Shown: positions 9,158-19,303 of the stretch, piece by piece
Position numbering within the stretch: the stretch's first letter is position 1
Layout: every line of letters starts with the position of its first letter
Source of the DNA: Terriglobales bacterium
GTDB lineage: Bacteria; Acidobacteriota; Terriglobia; Terriglobales; Acidobacteriaceae
DNA length: 63,022 bases
NCBI GenBank assembly: GCA_049509215.1
Contig: JBELAC010000001.1
Location: forward strand, 1-63,022
Reading direction: 5' to 3'
Notes under the pieces: generated by a model
Seen by the model: only the letters and a program-made list of their open reading frames with translations
What the model was told of the DNA's origin: nothing
Databases searched by the model: none
Translations under genes and position numbers: made by a program

Positions 9158-10417
9158 CTATTCGTAGCGCAGCGATTCGATCGGATCGAGATTGGCCGCT
9201 TTCCATGCCGGGTAAATGCCGAATAGCAGACCCTCGGCGGCGGCGGAAAGAAAGCCGAAGCTGGCCCAGAAAACCGACATCGTTGCCGGGAGAGAGTCCC
9301 ATATCATCCGGATGCCGAATGTAATGAGGGCGCCGAACAGCACGCCGAGGACGCCGCCGATGGCAGTGAGTGTGATTGCTTCCAGCGTGAATTGCAGCAG
9401 GATATCGCCCTTGCGCGCGCCGATCGCCTTGCGCACTCCAATCTCGCGCGTGCGCTCGGTCACGGAGACGAGCATGATGTTCATCACGCCCACGCCGCCG
9501 ACAATCAGCGCCACACTCGAAACCGCGAACATAAAGATAAAAATTGCGCCCGTAATCTGGCTCCACACCTCCGAGAGCGAATCCTGCGTGAACACCGCGA
9601 AATTGTCCGGCTTGTCGGGCGCCACGCGCCGCCGCCGCCGCAGCAGTTCGCGCATCTCATCGACCGCCTTGGGCATATCGTCGTGCGACGTCGCTTTCAC
9701 GCTGATGAAGTGCTGCTTGAGTTCGGGGTGCAGTTTGTGAAACGTGGAGAGCGGGAAATAGACCTTGTTATCGTCGGGATTCTTGCCACCGCCGAACGCA
9801 CTCTTGAGTTTGTCGGCCACGCCGATCACCTGAAACAACTGGCCTTCGATGTTGATTTCCTTGCCGAGCGGCTCGGAGGTGCCGAACAGTTCCTCCGCCG
9901 TGTCCGAGCCAAGGACGATGACCGAAGCGCGCCGATCGTCGTCGATCGTGTTGAACCAGCGTCCGGATTTGATGACGAGGTCGAACACATCCTTCCAGGA
10001 GGCGGTGTCCCCTTCGAGAATCGTCTGCTTGGCCTTGCGGTTTCCGTACTTCACAACGTATGTGCCAGTGCCGAACTGCGGCTCGGCATACTGGAGACCG
10101 GCCGTCACGGCTTTCACGTGCGGCAAGTCCTTCATCGCTTCCGCATCTTCGAACGTCAGTTCCTTGCGTTTGCGTAATTCCTCGGTCGGCCGCCCGAAGG
10201 TGATGGGCATGTGGAAAGCGAAAATAATGTTCGATCCCATGGCGCTGATGGTGGCATTGACGTTGTCATTGAGACCGCGCACGATCGAGGAGATACCGAT
10301 CACGACCGCCACGCCGATCACGATGCCAAGAACGGTCAGGCCGGAGCGCATCTTGTTGGTGCGGATCGTATCCAGCGCCATCGTGATGATTTCACCGAAT
10401 TCGCTTCTGCCTATCAT
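9158..10417 (-). CDS. ABC transporter permease, MacB/FtsX type
   Basis: N-terminal TM segment, a large periplasmic domain (MacB_PCD-like), then an FtsX C-terminus ending [16 protein letters not shown]. Confidence 0.85.
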   Translation of the reverse strand: MIGRSEFGEIITMALDTIRTNKMRSGLTVLGIVIGVAVVIGISSIVRGLNDNVNATISAMGSNIIFAFHMPITFGRPTEELRKRKELTFEDAEAMKDLPHVKAVTAGLQYAEPQFGTGTYVVKYGNRKAKQTILEGDTASWKDVFDLVIKSGRWFNTIDDDRRASVIVLGSDTAEELFGTSEPLGKEINIEGQLFQVIGVADKLKSAFGGGKNPDDNKVYFPLSTFHKLHPELKQHFISVKATSHDDMPKAVDEMRELLRRRRRVAPDKPDNFAVFTQDSLSEVWSQITGAIFIFMFAVSSVALIVGGVGVMNIMLVSVTERTREIGVRKAIGARKGDILLQFTLEAITLTAIGGVLGVLFGALITFGIRMIWDSLPATMSVFWASFGFLSAAAEGLLFGIYPAWKAANLDPIESLRYE

Positions 10418-10477
10418 TTCCTTTTTTCACCGCCCAGACGCAGAGAGCGCCGAGAAACAAATGCCTTTATGCCTTTC

Positions 10478-11704
10478 TTACATTTCGAAACGTAATGCCG
10501 CGATCGGGTCCAGCCTCGCGGCTTTCCGCGCCGGATAGACGCCGAAAAAGACGCCGACGCTTCCCGCGACGATCAGTCCGGCAAAGACCGCCCAAAGCTT
10601 GATCGCGGACGGCATCCCAATCGCCAGGGTTACGCCCTTAGCTACGCCGATGCCCAGCAGCACTCCGATCAAGCCTCCCGTCAAAGACAGAATCACCGCT
10701 TCAATCAAAAATTGCAGCAGCACATCTTTGCGCTTTGCGCCCATCGCTTTGCGAATGCCCACTTCACGCGTGCGTTCCGTGACTGAAACCAGCATGATGT
10801 TCATGATGACGATCCCGCCCACCACCATCGAGATCGCGGCGATCCCCACCATGGCCACAAAAAACGTCCCCGTCAGGCCGGACCAGATGCTCATCAGGCT
10901 GCTGTTGTTTTCCATGTCAAACGAGTCGTCTTTGCCCGGAGCATCGTGCCGCCGCGCCCGCACAATCACCCGCGCCTCGTCCATGGCCGCGTCCATCGTG
11001 GAGCCCGCCGCCTTGGCCGCGATGCGCATGTTCATATTGTGAGTGCCAAACTGTTTCATCCACGTGGTCATGGGCAGGAACACATAGTTGTCGGCGCTTT
11101 GTCCCAGCGTCGAGCCCTTCTTTTTTCCAACGCCGACAACGCGATATGTCCATCCGTCCACGCGTATTTCCTTTCCCAGCGGATCGACGCCCGGCATCAG
11201 GTTGTCCACCACGTCGGTGCCGATCACAGCGACGGGCGCGTCATGTTCCAGATCCGATTCTCCGAACATGCGCCCGACATCGATATCGATGTCCCGCGTC
11301 ACGGCAACCGCCGGCGTCATCCCCCACACCATGGTGTCGCTGAGCGCCTGCTCGCCGTATTTCACATGGCCATTCATGTTGAAGGCATACGCGCCCACGT
11401 ACCTGCAGAGCTTGCATCCCTCGCGCACCGCGCGATAGTCATCCAGGGTCAGGTCTTTGCGTTTCTGGGCTTCCAAGAAGTGCTCGATGTTGGTGGTCGC
11501 CGGCGAAACCTTGCACATGATGAACGCGTCCGCGCCCAGATTAAGGATCTTCTCCGCCACGTAGCCATTAATGCCGCTGACAAATGTGACCACGGCGATC
11601 ACGGAAGCGACGCCGATGACCACTCCCAGCAGCGTGAGCGCCGAGCGCAGCTTGTTCGCCCAGAGCGACAGCAACGCGATCTTCATGGCTTCGGAGATGT
11701 GCAT
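10478..11704 (-). CDS. ABC transporter permease, MacB/FtsX type (paralog)
   Basis: Same architecture as its neighbour, including [18 protein letters not shown] and a C-terminus ARKAARLDPIAALRFEM. Confidence 0.85.
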   Translation of the reverse strand: MHISEAMKIALLSLWANKLRSALTLLGVVIGVASVIAVVTFVSGINGYVAEKILNLGADAFIMCKVSPATTNIEHFLEAQKRKDLTLDDYRAVREGCKLCRYVGAYAFNMNGHVKYGEQALSDTMVWGMTPAVAVTRDIDIDVGRMFGESDLEHDAPVAVIGTDVVDNLMPGVDPLGKEIRVDGWTYRVVGVGKKKGSTLGQSADNYVFLPMTTWMKQFGTHNMNMRIAAKAAGSTMDAAMDEARVIVRARRHDAPGKDDSFDMENNSSLMSIWSGLTGTFFVAMVGIAAISMVVGGIVIMNIMLVSVTERTREVGIRKAMGAKRKDVLLQFLIEAVILSLTGGLIGVLLGIGVAKGVTLAIGMPSAIKLWAVFAGLIVAGSVGVFFGVYPARKAARLDPIAALRFEM

Positions 11705-11748
11705 GATTCCGGCGCTCGGCTTTCGGCTGTGGGCTCGGGGCTAGGTTC

Positions 11749-11783
11749 TAAAAACGGAGCAGAGCCGCTCGATCCCGGCTCTG
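11749..11783 (-). terminator. candidate intrinsic terminator downstream of the ECF sigma/anti-sigma pair
   Basis: 8-bp stem cagagccg/cggctctg (11760-11783). On the minus strand it is followed by ctccgttttta. Confidence 0.45.
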
Positions 11784-11987
11784 AGTTTAGCAGGACAATG
11801 CGGGAAATCGACTGCGCGGAGGCTTCAACAGCTTGAGGATGTTATGTTCGTGGTTTCTGAAAAGTTAGGCCGCCGCCGGGTGCCGACTCCAAAATCGGTA
11901 ACCGGCGAACTGCCCACTCAAGCAAAAAACTAGCTTGAATGGGCCACTCGTTTCTTTGGGTAGCTGCGAAAGGCATGAGCTCTTGGC

Positions 11988-12407
11988 TCACGATCTCCCG
12001 GCCGCAAGCCGCGTGGAAAGTTTCACAGAAACGAATGCCGCGAGCAGGGAGACAATCGTCCAAAATGCAGCGGAACCTCCCGCGCCTTGCGGCACGATGG
12101 AAGAAAGCGGAGCAGGAGCGGCGCTGATGGGTTGCGAGATCGCACTGCGACCGGCCTGCACGATGGCGGAGAGTCCCACGAACCCGACCACTGCCAGCAC
12201 GAGAACTGCAACCGCCAGGCCCGGCAGCGCGCGCTTCCATGGAAACGCAATCGGCGGAGGCACGGCGGCTTCCTGGCGCACGGCTTCCATGACGGAGACA
12301 GCGAATCCCGATGAGGGCAGGATTTCGTCCTGCCTTGAAAGAATATGGTCGATCTCGGAGTCGCTCATCGTGCCTCCTTCGGGCATCTTGCGTTCTTTAT
12401 TCATCAC
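11988..12407 (-). CDS. putative membrane anti-sigma factor
   Basis: 139 aa with a 4-nt overlap onto the upstream ECF sigma gene. Cytoplasmic N-terminus followed by TM helices (LPGLAVAVLVLAVVGFVGL). Confidence 0.6.
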   Translation of the reverse strand: MMNKERKMPEGGTMSDSEIDHILSRQDEILPSSGFAVSVMEAVRQEAAVPPPIAFPWKRALPGLAVAVLVLAVVGFVGLSAIVQAGRSAISQPISAAPAPLSSIVPQGAGGSAAFWTIVSLLAAFVSVKLSTRLAAGRS

Positions 12408-12994
12408 GCCTCCTTCAGATGCGGCATCGCCAGCATCCGTGGAAGTTTACTGCGCAACATTTCGCGTCCCCGAAACAAATGCGCTTTGAATGTGCCTTCG
12501 GGCACGCCCAGGCTGAGGGCCGCGGCGGGGACATCCATCTCATGAAAATAAAAAAGGATCAACGCCTCCCGGTATTTCGCGGGCAATGCGAAGACGGCGC
12601 GCCGCACGGCCAGATCGCGATCGGCGGCTTCGAGTCCGCCATCAGAAGCGCGCGGGTCTATCGGTTCGTGCACGTCGTCGATCGAAACCGTACGCGCGGG
12701 AATGCGGCGCAATTCCGAACGATAGAAATTGGTGGCCAGAGCGAATAGCCAGGTAGAAAAAGCCGCTTCTCTTCGCCATTGCTTGAGGCCACGGTAGGCC
12801 CGCAGAAACGCCTCCTGCGCCATTTCTTCAGCTCGGCCACGGTCACGACAGAAGCGATAGGCCAGGTTCACGAGCGGACCCTGCCAGCGGTGAACGATGT
12901 CTTCGAAAGCGGAAATATCCCCCGCCAATACTCGCTCGACCGCGTTCTGATCGTCGCTGGCGCTCACGGAAACTCCATCCAAAGGGTACGACAA
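12404..12994 (-). CDS. RNA polymerase ECF-type sigma-70 factor
   Basis: Region 2 (AEEMAQEAFLRAYRGL...FSTWLFALATN) and region 4 (LPAKYREALILFYFHEMDVPAAALSLGVPEGTFKAHLFRGR). Confidence 0.9.
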   Translation of the reverse strand: MSYPLDGVSVSASDDQNAVERVLAGDISAFEDIVHRWQGPLVNLAYRFCRDRGRAEEMAQEAFLRAYRGLKQWRREAAFSTWLFALATNFYRSELRRIPARTVSIDDVHEPIDPRASDGGLEAADRDLAVRRAVFALPAKYREALILFYFHEMDVPAAALSLGVPEGTFKAHLFRGREMLRSKLPRMLAMPHLKEA

Positions 12995-13115
12995 AGCACG
13001 GGCCGCTGCGGTTGCATTATTTTCCCGTCGGGCCGCGAGAGAAAAAAGTGCAACCGCTGCCCGGTTCCCTCGGTCGTACCCAACGCAGGCAGAAAATCAA
13101 GGTTGGAGGTTCCGA

Positions 13116-13535
13116 ATGGAGAACATTGGCGACAATTGGATTCCGATCGTCGGCATCATGGTGCCGATCGTGGGCAGCATTGCATTGTTTTCATTCCTCG
13201 CCGTGGCGTCATGGTCGGACGCCCGCCGCAAGGAACGTGAGGCCTATTACACCTCAGACGCTCTGAAGAAGATTGCCGAAAGCTCCGGCGAGTCAGCCAA
13301 ATCGGCGCTGGAATATCTGCGGGAGCAGAACCGGAATGCCGTCCGCCGGCGCCTTGAGGGAATGAAACTCGGCGGCCTGATCACCCTCGCCGTCGGCATC
13401 GGCATGATGTTGTTTCTCCATGGGATGGAGCACGAGGAACCGGTCTACCTGGTCGGGCTGATCCCGACCCTGGTTGGAGTCGCGCTGCTCGTCTATTGCT
13501 TCGTGCTGCCTCCGAAGGAAACGCCGACAACATAA
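13116..13535 (+). CDS. hypothetical membrane protein
   Basis: GGAGG SD 6 nt upstream of the ATG. Hydrophobic helices flank a charged central segment. Divergent from the ECF sigma gene. Confidence 0.5.
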   Translation: MENIGDNWIPIVGIMVPIVGSIALFSFLAVASWSDARRKEREAYYTSDALKKIAESSGESAKSALEYLREQNRNAVRRRLEGMKLGGLITLAVGIGMMLFLHGMEHEEPVYLVGLIPTLVGVALLVYCFVLPPKETPTT

Positions 13536-13548
13536 GCGCGAATACTCT

Positions 13549-13680
13549 CCAAGTCTCTGATTTATAAATACTTTATTTCTAAGTCCTTATTTTTCAAAGA
13601 CCTGGCGGATTTTCCCGCTAAGTCTTTGATTCTCAAAGATCGCACTAAGGAGGGGTCTGACAAGTCTATCGCTTTGAAGC
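13549..13680. repeat. AT-rich tract with four AAGTC(T/C) cores, including two 22-mers that are 18/22 identical
   Basis: Cores start at 13551, 13581, 13620 and 13662. The 22-mers are ctaagtccttatttttcaaaga (13579-13600) and ctaagtctttgattctcaaaga (13618-13639). Confidence 0.7.
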
Positions 13681-13767
13681 GAGAGGAAACCCACCCAGAA
13701 TCGCAGCCAGTCGGGCGGATCGAAGACGAGATTGCCCGCGCGTGAGAAGTCTGTTTTTGGCCTGCTC

Positions 13768-13773
13768 TATAAT
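13768..13773 (+). promoter_or_regulatory. consensus -10 hexamer TATAAT positioned for the rnpB 5' end
   Basis: TATAAT ends 8 nt before the predicted first base of the P1 helix. I found no convincing -35 element. Confidence 0.5.
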
Positions 13774-13781
13774 GAATGTGT

Positions 13782-14272
13782 TGGCAGCCGGACCGGACGA
13801 TCGCTGTCGCAAAACAGAGGAAAGTCCGAACTCCGCAGAGCAGTGTGCCGGATAACGTCCGGGACGGCCGGTTCAAGCCGGTTGGACGGAAAGTGCCACA
13901 GAGAACATACCGCCTCGTCGTCGTTGTGAGTCCCCTTAATTATGCGGGCTTGGAACGACGGCGAGGTAAGGGTGAAAAGGTGCGGTAAGAGCGCACCGCC
14001 GCACGAGTAATCGAGCGGGCAGGGCAAACCCCACACGGAGCAAGACCAAATAGGGAGGGAATTTCGCCGTCGCTGCAAGGCCTTCGTGGTTGTCGAAGGA
14101 CCTGAGCGGTATGACTGCAGGAAGATTTTGCAGCGACGGCGAAGAGCGTGCCGGCTCGGCGCGCCACAACCTCCGGGTAGGTCGCTTGAGCCCCGCAGTA
14201 ATGCGTGGCCCAGAGGAATGATCGTCCTGCCGCAAGGCAGACAGAATTCGGCTTACAGGTCCGGCTGCCACA
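13782..14272 (+). ncRNA. rnpB: RNase P RNA, bacterial type A
   Basis: P4 signature GAGGAAAGTCCG (about 13816) and 3' ACAGAATTCGGCTTACAG (14241-14258). The P1 pairing ggcagccgg / ccggctgcc closes the molecule. Ends are approximate (about 5 nt either way). Confidence 0.92.
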
Positions 14273-14403
14273 AGTTCTTATTTTCAATTACTGTTGCCAT
14301 CGCCGCGGCCTCAAATAAAGAGCCAACGAGAAAGGCTAGCAGTGAGACCGCTCTGTCCGCGCGGCAGTGGCCCTTACCGTAGATGTCTCCGCCTCTACGG
14401 TTC

Positions 14404-17400
14404 TTACCAAATAATCTTCGCCGCCAGCTGAATATGGCGTGAGCCTCCCGAGCCAATTACCGGATTTGAGGAGGCCACATCGGGTGTGAAGATAACCGTT
14501 CCCACCGTACTGGGAGATGATAAGTCGGTGTTCATACTGAACACGTCGAAGTTCGTGTGGTTCAGGATATTGAAAAACTCGCCCCGGAATTGCACTCTGA
14601 TCCGTTCGTTCATCTTCCAGACTTTGGAGAGAGAGAAATCCCAATTGGCAAAATTCGGGCCACGAAAGATATTGCGGCGCATATTGCCCTGGGTTCCGAA
14701 TGCGGGAGGCGTAATTACATTGCTGCCGACCACGTAACAACCCAGGTCATACCCATTCGGGCCGGCGAGTTCGTTGGCTGCATTCGGACCTCCCGTTGCA
14801 AGAGCCTGGTTCACGCACGATTGAGCTGCGGGGGTGTTTCCGCTTATAACGTTGTTGTTACCATCGAGATTGAACGGAGCGGGAGTCCCATTCGGGTCAA
14901 TGTACGGGAGGGATGTCGAGGCCGACCAGTGAATATTGCTGGGTGGTCCGATCATGGTCCAGCGATCGTTGTACTCACCGGTGCCGCTGATATCGTCGTT
15001 GTAATCGCCGAGCGTATAGGGTTCGCCCGACTGCAGATTGACGATGCTCGTCGCCTGCCATCCCTCGAGCATCTGCCATTTCGATTTGACCGACGGCAAG
15101 TCATAAGTCACCGAGAGCGTGAAGCGGTTGCGAATATCGTAATCGCCATTGCCACGCTCTTCGTTATAGTTGTTGCTATCAGGCGGTACGCCCGCCAGAT
15201 TGCTGGTTGCGGTGTCGATTGCGTGTGCCCATGTGTAGCCAGCCAGTAGATATAGGCCGTGTGAATATTTCTTGGTCAGGGTGACCTGCAACGAGTTGTA
15301 GTTCGAGTTGGAATGGTTGCTCAAGTAATCCAGGAAGCCGATGTAAGGGAAACACGGCCCACCAAATCCGAGGCCGCCCTGCGCCACGGGACAATTCTCA
15401 TTCAGGGGCCGGCCTAAGGCTTCAGACCCATCATCAAGCGTTGGATTCACCTGATTGATATCGGTGACGCTGTACAGCTTCACGCCGTGATTGGAGACGT
15501 AGGCGATCTGCAGCACAGTGTCTTTGGCGATTTGCTGCTGCAGATTAAGATTCCAGTTCATGACGTAGGGCGTTTTCAGGTGCTGGTCAACGCCAAACAC
15601 ATTGCATTGGGAACCGTTGAGAACTGTGTCATCCGGCACATCGCAGAAGTTGATCCCAGATCCACTGGGGAAAATTGTTCCTCCTGTAGAACTCCAGTTG
15701 ATCAGACTGCCGTCGTTTGATTCCTGCAAGAACGACGTAATCGAGCCTTTAGGCTGCGTTAGGGTGCCTGAAAAGGGATCCGTGGCGTAAGGGATTCCAC
15801 TTGGGTTCAGATTGAGGCCTCCGCCGTTGAACATGAAGGTGCGAATGGAGGGCTGCTCGAAAATAATGCCGAACCCGGTCCGAAGGACTGTCTTGCCGGT
15901 GCCGAAGACATCCCAGGCCACGCCGACACGCGGCGACAGATTGTTGTAATTGGTTGGGTACGGAGAATTGATGCCCTGTCCCACCTGAATAATACCGCCG
16001 GGCTGTCCATTCAGCTCAGGAACGTAATTGGCGAGAAGGTCATGCGAGTCCTTGATTGGATTGGTGATGTCATAGCGCAATCCAAGATTGAGCGTGACGT
16101 TCGAACGAATCCGGAAGTCGTCCTGCACGAACAACCCGGTAGATTTCTGGCTCACGTTGCGGGAAGGATCACCGTAGAGAAGACGCCAACGGCGTACATT
16201 ACCCACGACGAAGTCAGTAAGGTCGCTGAAATCAATCCGTCCTCGGCCGTATCCTGCGCGGTAATAATTCACATCTCCATAGTGGAACGTGCCGCCGAAG
16301 CGGAGGGAATGTTTTCCGTGGGTGTAGGTGGCTGTATCGGAGAAACTATCGGTTTTGCTGGGTGTTGTTTCCAGCGGCCAACTCGAATTGCCACCCATGT
16401 AATTGAAATTGTCGGTGCCGGGATTGATGCGAGGAAATCCGAACAATCGCGGATCGGTGACACCCGTATTCAGGCCGTAGGCCAAAGGATTGACATTATG
16501 GTCGACGGGGAAAATGGCCTCATTGAAGCGGTTGTAGCTGAATCGGACTTCGTTCGACCAAGCCGAGCCGAATGTGGATGCCAGGCTCACACCGAATACC
16601 TGCGTCGTCGGACTGGTCGTCGAGAGCCAATCCGGCCGAAGCGGAACCGTATCTTCTTCGGTCTGGGTCGTGTTTGCGTAGATAAAGCGAGCGCTCAAAA
16701 CATGATGCGATGAGAGATTGTAGTCCGTTTTGGCCACGAGATTGTCGCCGCGGTTCTTATTGTTGAAGTCAAAATTGATGGCGGCGGGATCGCTCTGCGA
16801 GAGCGTGTACCCGGGATTGGGCAGGAACAACTGGGATAGACTAAGGCTAAGCTGACTGCACGACGATGTTGCCTGGCACTGCGCAATTGCGTCGACAATG
16901 CTGTGACTGGGATCGCCGATGGAAACGGTGACCGGGCTATCAGTCACTCCCGGATTGCCGACTTTGTCGCGAATGCCTTCATAGTTGAAGAAGTAAAACC
17001 ACTTGTCTTTCCTGAGCGGGCCGCCGAGTGAAGCACCGAATTCGTGCATGATGAGCGCGGACACGGGACTCGGTGCCGGGTCGAAGTAGTTGCGCGCATC
17101 GAACGCAGCATTGCGATGAAAATAATAGGCCGAACCGTGAATATCGTTCGTTCCGGACTTGATCCCGATGTTCATCACCACACCCGGCTTCACTCCGTAA
17201 TCCGCCGAGGGGCTTTCCTGGGTATTGAATTCCTGGATAGCGTCGAGCGGCAGGAAACTGGCGGGAGTTCCCTGAATTCCCGCGTCGTTGACCACCGTTT
17301 CGCCGTAGTAAGCGTCGTTATCGTCAGCACCGTCGATGAAGAAGTTGTTATCGTCTGGACGATTTCCGTTCGATGTCACGGAGTGGAAACCGCCGCCGGG

Positions 17401-17898
17401 GGTGCGCTGGACACCGGGATGGAGTTCGAGGAGGTTCTGAAAGTCGCGACCCTGTACCGGGAGTTCATTGATGGCCTTGTTCGAGAGGACGCCGTTCAGA
17501 GTGGAATCCGTTGTATCCACCAGCGCGGCTTCGGCAGTCACGACCATGGTCTCGGTGACAGCACCAGGTTGCAGCTTCAGGTCAACACGCACTTCACGGG
17601 AAACTTCCAGAAGGATGGGTGTGCTCACAGTTTTTTTGAACCCCGCGGATTCCGCTGTAACCGTGTACATTCCGGGTTCGAGGTTTGGAACGGAGAAGTC
17701 CCCAGCGGAAGTCGTCTTCACGGTGTGGTTCAGGTTGGTCGCGGTATTGGTGATCGTCACTTTTGCGTTCGTGAGCAGAGCGCCCGACTGATCCATCACC
17801 GTTCCGAGGATTCGGCCTTCCGACGTTTGCGCTACCACTAAAGGTGAAATGACCAGTACGGCCGCTACAACCAATGCCAGCAAACGGATCGTTCTCAT
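14404..17898 (-). CDS. TonB-dependent receptor-like outer membrane protein with N-terminal carboxypeptidase-regulatory-like domain
   Basis: AAGGAG SD then MRTIRLLALVVAAVLVISPLVVAQ signal. CarboxypepD_reg motif (GTV.D.SGA...A.VT..N..T.......T...G.F....L.PG.Y), plug-like NELPVQGRDFQNLL, and a beta-barrel tail ending in an aromatic W. The ORF track extends to 17979. Confidence 0.85.
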   Translation of the reverse strand: MRTIRLLALVVAAVLVISPLVVAQTSEGRILGTVMDQSGALLTNAKVTITNTATNLNHTVKTTSAGDFSVPNLEPGMYTVTAESAGFKKTVSTPILLEVSREVRVDLKLQPGAVTETMVVTAEAALVDTTDSTLNGVLSNKAINELPVQGRDFQNLLELHPGVQRTPGGGFHSVTSNGNRPDDNNFFIDGADDNDAYYGETVVNDAGIQGTPASFLPLDAIQEFNTQESPSADYGVKPGVVMNIGIKSGTNDIHGSAYYFHRNAAFDARNYFDPAPSPVSALIMHEFGASLGGPLRKDKWFYFFNYEGIRDKVGNPGVTDSPVTVSIGDPSHSIVDAIAQCQATSSCSQLSLSLSQLFLPNPGYTLSQSDPAAINFDFNNKNRGDNLVAKTDYNLSSHHVLSARFIYANTTQTEEDTVPLRPDWLSTTSPTTQVFGVSLASTFGSAWSNEVRFSYNRFNEAIFPVDHNVNPLAYGLNTGVTDPRLFGFPRINPGTDNFNYMGGNSSWPLETTPSKTDSFSDTATYTHGKHSLRFGGTFHYGDVNYYRAGYGRGRIDFSDLTDFVVGNVRRWRLLYGDPSRNVSQKSTGLFVQDDFRIRSNVTLNLGLRYDITNPIKDSHDLLANYVPELNGQPGGIIQVGQGINSPYPTNYNNLSPRVGVAWDVFGTGKTVLRTGFGIIFEQPSIRTFMFNGGGLNLNPSGIPYATDPFSGTLTQPKGSITSFLQESNDGSLINWSSTGGTIFPSGSGINFCDVPDDTVLNGSQCNVFGVDQHLKTPYVMNWNLNLQQQIAKDTVLQIAYVSNHGVKLYSVTDINQVNPTLDDGSEALGRPLNENCPVAQGGLGFGGPCFPYIGFLDYLSNHSNSNYNSLQVTLTKKYSHGLYLLAGYTWAHAIDTATSNLAGVPPDSNNYNEERGNGDYDIRNRFTLSVTYDLPSVKSKWQMLEGWQATSIVNLQSGEPYTLGDYNDDISGTGEYNDRWTMIGPPSNIHWSASTSLPYIDPNGTPAPFNLDGNNNVISGNTPAAQSCVNQALATGGPNAANELAGPNGYDLGCYVVGSNVITPPAFGTQGNMRRNIFRGPNFANWDFSLSKVWKMNERIRVQFRGEFFNILNHTNFDVFSMNTDLSSPSTVGTVIFTPDVASSNPVIGSGGSRHIQLAAKIIW

Positions 17899-18207
17899 TG
17901 GGGGCTCCTTGGCTTTCATCTGACTCCGTGTCAAAAGCTGGACAGCGAACAAGGCGGTCGAGGATGCTGCAGAACGCAAAGGACTGGAATCAGAGACCGG
18001 CTTCGAGTTTCCCGGTCTCGACTAAAACGGGGATACGCTGAAACAGACCAAGATGAGAACGGGAATCAACATGCCAGTTCATAACGTGCACTTTCCAAAC
18101 TGCAAGAGGCCGCAAGTGTCGCACACGACGCGGGTGAAGTCTACGGCTTCGTCCGTGTTTCTTCAATGACTCAGATCACACAACTTGCGGGTCATATAAG
18201 CCGCGGT

Positions 18208-19236
18208 TCAATAAATAGCTTCGTGGGATTGCGTGCTTTCAATCTTTCCCTCTTCCACCGAAAGCGAATACGCGACGCCGCCGTCACCCCTCCACCTGAC
18301 GAGATTGAAATGGGCACCTGTGGGTGCGCGATAGACGCTGATCTTGCGGAAGGTCAACGGCTGATCTTTCTTGCAAATATCCGGCTTGCGCGTGGGGCGC
18401 AGAAAAAACGCGCCTTTTCCGCTGCCTACGATCGTCCCATTGCCGTCCGGTTCAACCAGCACGGCTGATTTCTCGTCGATAGCAATCTCACGAGGAGACT
18501 TTGACCAACCGTCCTGCATAATGCGCGCGAGGAAGCCGAGCGTCCGGCCCATGCGATCGCGCTTGGCAAAGTGCGAATCAGTCAACAGATTTTCGAGGTG
18601 CGGAATCCTGAGGAAGCCGCGGATGAGTGTTACGCGCGAGAAGTAAGGATTCGGCAGAACGTCGGTCGAAGCCAGGTCATTGTCATCGGGCAGGTCGCCG
18701 AGGGCACCGTAGACGAATTCTCCCTGGACTGCCAGGCCCGCACTGGTTCCACCAATCGGCTTGCCGGCGGCGATGTGCGCATTAATCGCACCCTGCACAG
18801 GCGTGTCTTTCCATGCGCGGATGTAATGCGCTTGATCGCCGCCGGAGATGAAGAGTACTTCGGCCCTCTTGATGATCCCCGAGACCGCAGGATCTTCTGC
18901 TGCCGTTCGATCAGGAATGACCAAGGTGGCTACAGAATTTGCTTTGCACAGTCCATTGACGTATGGGTTATAGGCGTCGGTGCCACTCGCTCGCAGGACG
19001 AGAAAATCGCCGCCGTTTCCCTTCTCGCAAAGCCAGCGAAATGCCTCGTCAAGATCGCTGCCGCCGCCCATCATTGCAGAGCCGCCGACGGGCCGAGTCT
19101 GGATGTCGTCCTTGTTTCCTACGCGGAAGTATTGCCAGGAATGACTGGGAGCAGCATCGGCTGCCATGGCTGTCGCGAGAAAACAAAACGTAGAAAGAAA
19201 GACGAGAAGCGTGAAAGAACAACGCGAAGTCTTCAT
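18208..19236 (-). CDS. secreted peptidase S51 / cyanophycinase-like protein
   Basis: Signal MKTSRCSFTLLVFLSTFCFLATAMA. Contains FISGGDQ and a GGTSAG nucleophile-type motif. The longer ORF reaches 19356. Confidence 0.7.
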   Translation of the reverse strand: MKTSRCSFTLLVFLSTFCFLATAMAADAAPSHSWQYFRVGNKDDIQTRPVGGSAMMGGGSDLDEAFRWLCEKGNGGDFLVLRASGTDAYNPYVNGLCKANSVATLVIPDRTAAEDPAVSGIIKRAEVLFISGGDQAHYIRAWKDTPVQGAINAHIAAGKPIGGTSAGLAVQGEFVYGALGDLPDDNDLASTDVLPNPYFSRVTLIRGFLRIPHLENLLTDSHFAKRDRMGRTLGFLARIMQDGWSKSPREIAIDEKSAVLVEPDGNGTIVGSGKGAFFLRPTRKPDICKKDQPLTFRKISVYRAPTGAHFNLVRWRGDGGVAYSLSVEEGKIESTQSHEAIY

Positions 19237-19303
19237 TTGCGGATCACTATACCGCAATACCGAGATTGGAACGGCGGTTCGGCGTAGTGATCCCCACAGG
19301 GGT

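Noticed and set aside
17985-18020. An 8-bp hairpin, gagaccgg...ccggtctc, between the S51 peptidase gene and the TBDR-like gene, considered as a terminator.
   Set aside because: No U-tract follows on the minus strand. It may be a 5'-UTR structure of the TBDR mRNA, but there is nothing to support a specific function.
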